A stretch of 64,000 nucleotides of DNA from assembly GCA_045650705.1 (NCBI GenBank), contig JAZRRK010000037.1:12151-76150 (forward strand), in the 5' to 3' direction. A program made the position numbers and the translations under genes. Below, in pieces: positions 33,140-39,615 of the stretch; within the stretch, counting starts at the first letter, position 1; the number at the start of each line of letters is the position of its first letter. The DNA comes from Clostridia bacterium. GTDB lineage: Bacteria; Bacillota; Clostridia; TANB77; CAG-508. Below the pieces are notes generated by a model. The model did no database searches. It worked only from the letters and a program-made list of their open reading frames with translations, and was not told the origin of the DNA.

Positions 33140-33499
33140 CTATAATACATCAAATGTATTAATTAATAAGTTTGCAATTGTTATAGCTCCAAATACTACT
33201 ATAGTACCAACAATCAATGGAATAAAAGATTTTTTATATTCTGCTTTTTCTTCTAAGCTTCCCATCATATATTTAATACCAAGAACTGCTACTATAAGTA
33301 CTGCTGCTATAATTGCTATAAATTGTAAAGCATTTAAAATTGTTCCTGCTAATTTTGATACACTTGCTTTAGTATCTGAATCTATATCTTGTGATGTATC
33401 AATAGTTACTCCTCCAACTGTTGCAAATACTGGTGTCGCTACCATTATCATCATCATAGCTATCATTAATACAGAAACTATTTTTAAAGATTTTTTCAT
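33140..33499 (-). CDS. VirB2/TrbC-like pilin paralogue 3.
   Basis: Signal peptide ending VFA, two hydrophobic helices, and a short charged loop GIKYMMGSLEEKAEYKKSFIPLIVG. Confidence 0.65.
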   Translation of the reverse strand: MKKSLKIVSVLMIAMMMIMVATPVFATVGGVTIDTSQDIDSDTKASVSKLAGTILNALQFIAIIAAVLIVAVLGIKYMMGSLEEKAEYKKSFIPLIVGTIVVFGAITIANLLINTFDVL

Positions 33500-33589
33500 T
33501 TTTATTTCCCCTTTCTTTAATATTTACTTTATATTGGCATTTCTTAAATAATTTAAGAAAATGTTAATAACTGTTCTTATAACTTTCTA

Positions 33590-34075
33590 TTATTTCGTAT
33601 AGCTTCCTCCACTACCTGCTTGATGTTCTTTTTCCGGATCTGAAAGTACTTGTCTATCATCTTCTGTTAATACTCCTGGTGTCGGTGCTACATCATTTCC
33701 TATCTGAACTACTATCTTCCATATTCCAAATGCTGCAAATACTACAAACACCCCTATAACATATGGTACTAATGTTTCTTTTATCTTTGCTTTTTCATCT
33801 ACACTACCGAACATAAACTGTATTCCTATTATCATTCCTACTGCCACTGCTAATATTACTGCTATTGAGAATAATATATTATATATTGTTGTTGATGTCT
33901 CTTTTAATGCATCTTCATCTATCACTTCATTTGAGTCTTTTTTTGAAAGAAAATCGTCGCCTTGTTCTATAAAATCACTCATTGTTGAAGCATATGTTGA
34001 TGTATTAAATGTTATATTTTCTAATATCAATACAGCCATTACTATTATAAAAATTCTTATTAATAATTTTCTCAT
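33590..34075 (-). CDS. VirB2/TrbC-like pilin paralogue 2, with a C-terminal extension.
   Basis: Same architecture. Loop GIQFMFGSVDEKAKIKETLVPYVIG. Confidence 0.65.
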   Translation of the reverse strand: MRKLLIRIFIIVMAVLILENITFNTSTYASTMSDFIEQGDDFLSKKDSNEVIDEDALKETSTTIYNILFSIAVILAVAVGMIIGIQFMFGSVDEKAKIKETLVPYVIGVFVVFAAFGIWKIVVQIGNDVAPTPGVLTEDDRQVLSDPEKEHQAGSGGSYTK

Positions 34076-34086
34076 TTAATCACCTC

Positions 34087-34446
34087 TTATATGTCTGCAA
34101 GATTTTCAATTATTTCTATTACTAGTGATATTCCTACTAATAAAAAACAACCCAATATATATGGTGGTAATGTTTTTTTGTATTCTGCTTTTCCTTCTAC
34201 ACTACTGAACAAATATTTTATTCCTATTATAGAAAGAGTAACTACTGAAACTAATATTCCTATGTATTTTATCCAACCCAGTACAATTTCTGCTCTATCT
34301 AAAAAAGTTCCTTGATCTAGTTTTTGTTCTGGATCGTAGTAATCTGGATTATCTATTGCATATACACTATTTACTAATATGCATATTGTAAATATTATTA
34401 GTGCTATTGAAACTATTAACTTTGTGTTTAGTTTTATCATCTTCAT
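34087..34446 (-). CDS. VirB2/TrbC-like pilin paralogue 1.
   Basis: I place the start at ATG 34446 (MKMIKL) behind GGAGGTG. Loop GIKYLFSSVEGKAEYKKTLPPYILG. Confidence 0.65.
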   Translation of the reverse strand: MKMIKLNTKLIVSIALIIFTICILVNSVYAIDNPDYYDPEQKLDQGTFLDRAEIVLGWIKYIGILVSVVTLSIIGIKYLFSSVEGKAEYKKTLPPYILGCFLLVGISLVIEIIENLADI

Positions 34447-34623
34447 TAGCACCTCCATTCATATTATCATTTTTATTATAGCATTTTTTTACATTTTATG
34501 CAACTTTTTATGTTGATTTTATTTTGTTTTTATATTTTTTTAATTATATTTTAATATTTTTGTATTTTTTTGTCAATTGTTTTTCATAAAAAAAAATTCA
34601 AATGCTTTCACATTTGAATTTTT

Positions 34624-34640
34624 TGGAGCAGGTAGTAGGG
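34624..34640 (-). repeat. Copy of the tRNA-Gly 3' end (16 of 17 nt), att-like.
   Basis: tggagcaggtagtaggg compared with tggagcaggtagtggga at 36100-36116. It is immediately preceded by a terminator-like hairpin (34600-34623). Confidence 0.65.
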
Positions 34641-34797
34641 CCACTCGCACTCGCGTCGGAAAAGATGTCCACCCGGACATCTTTTGCCTGCGTTTCGGCA
34701 GACCTTAACCTGCTCGAAACTTGGCAACCTCCTTTTCGATTCCCACTTTTAAGTTAATATAAAAAGAATCATAGCTTTGCTATGATTCTTTTTTCTG

Positions 34798-34808
34798 TGG
34801 AGCAGGTA
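34798..34808 (-). repeat. Copy of the tRNA-Gly 3' end (11 nt), att-like.
   Basis: tggagcaggta, immediately preceded by the hairpin aaaaagaatcatagc/gctatgattcttttt (34763-34795). Confidence 0.5.
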
Positions 34809-34975
34809 TCCGTTTTTATACTATTCCTGCCTATTCCCTATTATCCCTAAATATCTGTAATCCTTGAAACAAGCGAATTTGCTATTTCAGCCTATTTCAC
34901 GTTATCCTACAATATTTTTGCTATTGCATACTTTATTGCATACTTTTTATCTGTTTTTATACACCTATTCCTCCG

Positions 34976-35542
34976 TTATATAGTATCTATTGCTTTTTTA
35001 ATTTGTTCTTTTTGACTCTCGAAATTAAACTTTGTTATAGGTATTCTTCCAACCATATTAGTTTTTAAAAAATGATTTAATATATCAAATGATTTCAATG
35101 TTTCTTCTGTTCCATTGCCACTTCCACCAGCACAAGCAATGCAAATTATATTTTTTCCTTTAATCATAGAATTTTCGTTGAACGCATCACATCTTTTAAT
35201 TCTATCAAAAAATGTTTTAGCAGATTCACTCATTTCCCAAAAATAAACAGGAGTAATAAATATATATGCATCAAATTGTTTCATATAATCGTAAATACTA
35301 TTAAAATCATCTTTTAAAATACATTTATTTTCTTCTAAACAAATTCCCCAACCTCGATTTCCACATGCAAGACATCTAGCTATATTTTTCTTATTCATAC
35401 ATATATGTTCTGTCTCACAACTCAATTCCTTCAATTCTTTTTCACATTGTTCTACACAAGCAAAAGTTAAACCTTGTTTGTTCGGAATATAACTATCTTC
35501 ATTAACCTTATTTGCACTAAAACTTAATATTAATACTTTCAT
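34976..35542 (-). CDS. Flavodoxin-fold FMN reductase / iron-sulfur flavoprotein-like protein.
   Basis: 188 aa. MKVLILSFS.. N-terminus, Cys cluster CLACGNRGWGIC, ..FITPVYFWEMS... Confidence 0.7.
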   Translation of the reverse strand: MKVLILSFSANKVNEDSYIPNKQGLTFACVEQCEKELKELSCETEHICMNKKNIARCLACGNRGWGICLEENKCILKDDFNSIYDYMKQFDAYIFITPVYFWEMSESAKTFFDRIKRCDAFNENSMIKGKNIICIACAGGSGNGTEETLKSFDILNHFLKTNMVGRIPITKFNFESQKEQIKKAIDTI

Positions 35543-35638
35543 ATTTTTTAAAATTCCTCCTATTAAATTATTATTTTCTTTTCATTATATCATATTTATA
35601 TAACATGACAAAATGAAAAAAGAATTTTTAATTAACAT

Positions 35639-35667
35639 TTGACATATAATAAAATAAATGCTATACT
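35639..35667 (+). promoter_or_regulatory. Consensus SigA promoter driving a short transcript.
   Basis: TTGACA (35639-35644), a 17-nt spacer, then TATACT (35662-35667). Confidence 0.65.
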
Positions 35668-35671
35668 ATTA

Positions 35672-35745
35672 TTAGCTTAAATGCATGAAACTGTTCGTAT
35701 GAACAACACCAGATATGTGGTAGTGACACATATCTCTTTTTTTTG
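35672..35745 (+). ncRNA. Candidate ~75-nt sRNA, copy 1 of 2.
   Basis: Lies between the promoter above and an intrinsic terminator (agatatgtg/cacatatct plus T8, 35711-35744). Homologous to 39293-39376 through the shared blocks tagcttaa, tgttcg.a.gaa, the terminator and tttttttgcaaa. No conserved ORF. Confidence 0.5.
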
Positions 35746-35759
35746 CAAAAAATAAAACA

Positions 35760-35771
35760 GAGCAGGTAGTG
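35760..35771 (-). repeat. 12-nt match to the tRNA-Gly 3' end, embedded in a hairpin.
   Basis: gagcaggtagtg. It forms part of the stem-loop cagagcag-gtagtga-ctgctctg, which also acts as a minus-strand terminator. Confidence 0.4.
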
Positions 35772-35789
35772 ACTGCTCTGAACTGATTA

Positions 35790-35885
35790 TCAGTTTTTAT
35801 TTGTGTTGTTTCTATATGTATTCAATTCTTCTTCCAATTTTTCAATTTTCTGAAGTAGAATCCATATAAGCATAAAACTGCTCAT
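35790..35885 (-). CDS. 31-codon small ORF convergent with the sRNA (copy 1).
   Basis: AAAGGAGGTG RBS 9 nt before ATG 35885. MSSFMLIWILLQKIEKLEEELNTYRNNTNKN, followed by a terminator. Too short for the ORF track. Confidence 0.45.
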   Translation of the reverse strand: MSSFMLIWILLQKIEKLEEELNTYRNNTNKN

Positions 35886-36099
35886 ACTCTTTCAACACCT
35901 CCTTTCTCAAAGATTTCCTTTGAAAAGGATATGCTTATTATACAAAGTTCTTAAATAAAAAACAATATTTTTTCTAATTTTTTCCAGTTTTTCTTTCGTA
36001 AAATATACTTATTTTTTCTACTGCATACCTATTGCATACTTTTTGATAAAATAAAAACCTTATAACTACTGTTTTCAGTATTTATAAGGTTTTGCTATT

Positions 36100-36173
36100 T
36101 GGAGCAGGTAGTGGGAATCGAACCCACGTAGCCAGCTTGGAAGGCTGGGGTTCTACCATTGAACTACACCTGC
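36100..36173 (-). tRNA. tRNA-Gly (anticodon UCC).
   Basis: The minus strand reads GCAGGTG-TA-GTTC-AATGGTA-GAAC-C-CCAGC-CTTCCAA-GCTGG-CTAC-GTGGG-TTCGATT-CCCAC-TACCTGC-TCCA. This is a full cloverleaf with encoded CCA. Confidence 0.93.
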
Positions 36174-36256
36174 ATCTCCCTCTCACAGTTTGTTATTATA
36201 AACCTTTTTTTTATAAATGTCAATACTTTTTTTAAATTTTTTTAAAAAAATTTAAA

Positions 36257-36435
36257 TTCAAGTGTAAAGCTTATATATTATAGATTTTAACTTGCGGTCT
36301 CCAGCCGCGGTTTATTAACTACTATACTCTAATTAACTAATACGATAACTACTATTAGAATATTAATTGCACGCCTCCGGCTACTCAAGGGTCGACCTCG
36401 TTTTCAATCTATAATATATAAGCTTTACACTTGAA
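36257..36435 (+). repeat. Palindrome-armed GC-core element, copy 1.
   Basis: 30/30 complementary arms ttcaagtgtaaagcttatatattatagatt / aatctataatatataagctttacacttgaa enclose the conserved blocks ATTTTAACTTGCGGTCTCCAGCCGCGGTTTATTAAC .. TACGA .. AATTGCACGCCTCCGGCTACTCAAGGGTCGACCTCGTTTTCAAT. Confidence 0.9.
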
Positions 36436-36484
36436 TAGTCAATTGACCCATTTACTCTTCACTATTCACTATTAATTATTCACT

Positions 36485-36515
36485 AAAAAAATGACAGGTT
36501 TACCTGTCATTTTTT
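36485..36515 (-). terminator. ppdK terminator.
   Basis: Stem atgacagg/cctgtcat with a U-run on the minus strand, 5 nt after the stop. Confidence 0.8.
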
Positions 36516-36519
36516 AGAT

Positions 36520-39159
36520 TTATGCTCTTGGATTTTTTAATGCTGCTTGTGCTGCTGCTAATCTTGCGATTGGAACTCTAAATGGTGAACATGATACGTA
36601 TGTTAATCCTACATTGTGGCAGAATTCTACGCTTGATGGTTCTCCACCGTGTTCTCCACAGATTCCTAATTTGATATTAGGTCTTGTAGCTTTTCCTTTT
36701 TCTACAGCCATTTTTACAAGTTGACCTACACCGTTTTGGTCTAGTTTTGCAAATGGATCTGATTCATATATTTTTGATTTGTAGTAAGCATCTAAGAATT
36801 TACCAGCATCATCTCTTGAGAATCCAAATGTCATTTGTGTTAAGTCATTTGTACCAAATGAGAAGAATTCAGCTTCTTCAGCAATTTCATTTGCTAATAA
36901 TGCTGCTCTTGGAATTTCAATCATTGTACCAATATGGTATTCAATGTCTGATCCTTTTTCTTTCTTAACTTGTTCTGCTGTTTCTACAACTACGTCTTTT
37001 ACGAATTTTAATTCTTTCTTTTCTCCAATTAATGGAATCATTATTTCTGGAACGATATCGTATCCATCTTCTGCTTTAACTTCTATAGCAGCTTCCATTA
37101 ATGCTCTTGTTTGCATTTTAGCTATTTCTGGATATGTAACAGCTAAACGGCATCCTCTATGACCCATCATTGGGTTAAATTCGTGTAAGTCAGCACATTT
37201 TGCTTTTAAGTGTTCTACTGTAACACCCATATCGTTTGCTAATGCTTTTATGTCTTCTTCCTCTGTAGGTAAGAATTCATGTAGAGGTGGATCTAAGTAA
37301 CGTACTGTCATTGGTAATCCTTTTAACTCTTTGTACATTGCTTTGAAGTCACCTTTTTGGAATGGTATTAATTCGTTAAGTGCAGCTTCACGAGCTTCTA
37401 CTGTTTCTGATAATATCATTTTTCTAATTTTTGGTATTCTTTCTTCATCAAAGAACATATGCTCTGTACGGCAAAGTCCGATACCTTCTGCTCCTAAATG
37501 AACAGCATTTTTTGTATCTCTTGGATTGTCTGCGTTTGTTCTAACTTTTAATGTTCTGTATTTATCAGCCCAAGCCATTATTCTTCCGAAGTTTCCACTT
37601 ACAGAAGCTTCAACTGTTTTGATATCTCCTTTGTATATTTTTCCAGTTGTTCCATCTAATGAAATGTAATCTCCTTCATGGAATGTGTATCCGCCAAGTT
37701 CGAATTCTTTAGCTTCTTCATTCATTTTTATATCTCCGCATCCTGATACACAGCATGTTCCCATACCACGTGCAACAACGGCTGCGTGTGATGTCATACC
37801 ACCACGTACTGTTAAGATACCTTGTGCAGCTACCATACCTTCGATATCTTCTGGTGTTGTTTCAAGACGTACTAATACTACTCTTTCACCTTTTCCACCT
37901 TTTCCTAATTCTTTAGCTTCTTCTGCTGTAAATACTACTTTACCTGCAGCTGCTCCTGGAGATGCTGGTAATGCTTCACCAATTACTTCTCCTGCTTTTA
38001 GGCTATCTTTATCGAATGTAGGGTGTAATAATTGATCTAAAGATTTAGCTTCTATTCTTAGAACTGCTTCTTTTTCATCAATCATTCCTTCATCTACTAG
38101 ATCACAAGCAATATTTATAGCAGCTGGAGCTGTTCTTTTTCCATTTCTTGTTTGTAAGAAGTATAATTTTCCTTCTTGGATTGTGAATTCCATATCTTGC
38201 ATATCTTTGTAGTGATTTTCTAGTTTATTTGCTATTTCCATGAATTGTTTATAGCAATCTGGTAAATCTTCTGCAAGTTTTGTGATTGGTTGTGGTGTTC
38301 TAACACCTGCAACAACGTCTTCACCTTGTGCATTAATTAAGTATTCACCATATATTCCTTTTTCACCTGTTGATGGGTTTCTTGTGAATGCAACACCTGT
38401 TCCAGATGTTTCTCCCATGTTTCCGAAAACCATAGCTTGTACGTTTACAGCTGTTCCCCAGTCACCTGGTATATCATTCATTCTTCTGTAAACTATAGCT
38501 CTTGGGTTGTCCCAGCTTCTGAATACGGCTTTAACTGCTCCCATTAATTGTTCAATTGGATCTTGTGGGAAGTCTTCACCATTCATTTTTTCTTTGTAAA
38601 CAGCTTTGAATCTATTTACTAATTCTTTTAAATCTTCAGTTGTTAATTCTGTATCGAATTTAACTCCTTTTTCTTCTTTTAATTCATCAATTATTTTTTC
38701 GAAGAATGTTTTTGGAACTTCCATAACAACATCTGAATACATTTGAATAAATCTTCTATATGAATCATATGCGAATCTTGGATTTCCTGTTTTTGCTGCA
38801 AATCCTTCAACTGCAACATCATTTAAACCTAAGTTTAATATTGTATCCATCATACCAGGCATTGATGCTCTAGCACCACTTCTTACTGATACTAATAATG
38901 GGTCACTATTGTCTCCAAATTTTTTCCCTTGCATTTCTTCTAATTTCTTTAATGCGGCAAAGATTTGTTCTTGAATTTCTTCATTTACTTTTTTACCGTC
39001 ATTGTAATATTCTGTACAAGCTTCTGTTGAAACTGTAAAACCTTGTGGGATTGGTAGACCTAAATTTGTCATTTCTGCTAAGTTAGCACCTTTTCCACCT
39101 AATAATTCACGCATATTTGCATTTCCTTCTTTAAAAAGGTATACGTACTTTTTGCTCAT
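36520..39159 (-). CDS. ppdK: Pyruvate, phosphate dikinase.
   Basis: 879 aa. GGKGANLAEM, phospho-His motif GGMTSHAAVVARGMG, C-terminal PEP-utilizer TIM barrel motifs. Confidence 0.95.
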   Translation of the reverse strand: MSKKYVYLFKEGNANMRELLGGKGANLAEMTNLGLPIPQGFTVSTEACTEYYNDGKKVNEEIQEQIFAALKKLEEMQGKKFGDNSDPLLVSVRSGARASMPGMMDTILNLGLNDVAVEGFAAKTGNPRFAYDSYRRFIQMYSDVVMEVPKTFFEKIIDELKEEKGVKFDTELTTEDLKELVNRFKAVYKEKMNGEDFPQDPIEQLMGAVKAVFRSWDNPRAIVYRRMNDIPGDWGTAVNVQAMVFGNMGETSGTGVAFTRNPSTGEKGIYGEYLINAQGEDVVAGVRTPQPITKLAEDLPDCYKQFMEIANKLENHYKDMQDMEFTIQEGKLYFLQTRNGKRTAPAAINIACDLVDEGMIDEKEAVLRIEAKSLDQLLHPTFDKDSLKAGEVIGEALPASPGAAAGKVVFTAEEAKELGKGGKGERVVLVRLETTPEDIEGMVAAQGILTVRGGMTSHAAVVARGMGTCCVSGCGDIKMNEEAKEFELGGYTFHEGDYISLDGTTGKIYKGDIKTVEASVSGNFGRIMAWADKYRTLKVRTNADNPRDTKNAVHLGAEGIGLCRTEHMFFDEERIPKIRKMILSETVEAREAALNELIPFQKGDFKAMYKELKGLPMTVRYLDPPLHEFLPTEEEDIKALANDMGVTVEHLKAKCADLHEFNPMMGHRGCRLAVTYPEIAKMQTRALMEAAIEVKAEDGYDIVPEIMIPLIGEKKELKFVKDVVVETAEQVKKEKGSDIEYHIGTMIEIPRAALLANEIAEEAEFFSFGTNDLTQMTFGFSRDDAGKFLDAYYKSKIYESDPFAKLDQNGVGQLVKMAVEKGKATRPNIKLGICGEHGGEPSSVEFCHNVGLTYVSCSPFRVPIARLAAAQAALKNPRA

Positions 39160-39257
39160 AAATTATTCCATCCTTTCATCTATATAAAATTACTGGTATA
39201 TTATATATCACATTTCCGTAAATGTAAAGAGATTTTTTAGATTTTTTTAAATAATGT

Positions 39258-39286
39258 TTGACTTATTACCAAATATGTGTTATTAT
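39258..39286 (+). promoter_or_regulatory. SigA promoter with an extended -10, driving a short transcript.
   Basis: TTGACT, a 17-nt spacer ending in TGT, then TATTAT. Confidence 0.6.
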
Positions 39287-39292
39287 ATATCT

Positions 39293-39376
39293 AGCTTAAG
39301 CAAATGTGTTCTTTGTTCGGAAGAAGTCATTTGTATCCAAGTATGTGTACTGCTATTACACATACTTATTTTTTTG
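39293..39376 (+). ncRNA. Candidate ~80-nt sRNA, copy 2 of 2.
   Basis: Terminator aagtatgtgt/acacatactt plus T7 (39339-39375). Homologous blocks with 35672-35745. Confidence 0.5.
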
Positions 39377-39440
39377 CAAATTAAAAGCAGGAGCAAACTG
39401 CTATTTCACTCCCACTTTCGACTATGTACATGTATACCCT

Positions 39441-39542
39441 CTAGTCTTTGTTCTTTTGTTTCTCTTGCTCAGTTTTTGTAGATTTTTCTTTTTCTTTCAA
39501 AAGCATCTCTACTAAGCGCAAAATAAGTTCGGAATTTGTCAT
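39441..39542 (-). CDS. 33-codon small ORF convergent with the sRNA (copy 2).
   Basis: AAAGGGGGG RBS 7 nt before ATG 39542. MTNSELILRLVEMLLKEKEKSTKTEQEKQKNKD. The layout matches 35790-35885. Confidence 0.4.
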   Translation of the reverse strand: MTNSELILRLVEMLLKEKEKSTKTEQEKQKNKD

Positions 39543-39615
39543 TAGTATCCCCCCTTTCCACCTTTAGCGAAAGGTTGGTGTTATTTTATAATATTTTTAC
39601 CAAAAAGGCAATATT

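Larger units (their letters stand above)
22635..34640 (-). mobile_element. Type IV secretion/conjugation-like gene block. Probably a decayed integrative element next to tRNA-Gly att-like repeats.
   Basis: Co-directional VirB4, VirB3-like, VirB6-like, cysteine-peptidase hydrolase and 3 VirB2-like genes. The right edge coincides with a 17-nt copy of the tRNA-Gly 3' end (34624-34640). No relaxase, T4CP or integrase ORF is present. Confidence 0.55.

Noticed and set aside
34621-34760. A possible long-variable-arm tRNA, tRNA-Sec or tmRNA-like gene in the GC-richer segment after the 34624 tRNA-Gly fragment.
   Set aside because: An 8-bp acceptor-like pairing (gagcaggt/acctgctc) exists. The interior, however, folds into an 11-bp/4-nt-loop hairpin and a 4-bp/8-nt-loop hairpin. 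There is no 7-nt anticodon loop, no T-arm pairing, no TCA anticodon and no CCA. It is better explained as an att scar plus a terminator.
35681-35755. A 24-codon ORF (MHETVRMNNTRYVVVTHISFFCKK) inside sRNA copy 1, and a 26-codon ORF in copy 2.
   Set aside because: There is no Shine-Dalgarno sequence, the two peptides are not conserved between the homologous copies, and the ORFs run through the terminator stems.
36257-36435. The four-copy element as a known self-cleaving ribozyme, riboswitch, retron msr/msd, integron attC site or CRISPR repeat.
   Set aside because: There is no CUGAUGA..GAAA hammerhead core and no recognisable twister or HDV signature. No adjacent reverse transcriptase, integrase or cas gene is present. 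The copies are dispersed, not arrayed, and attC sites conserve structure rather than long internal sequence blocks. The identity remains open.
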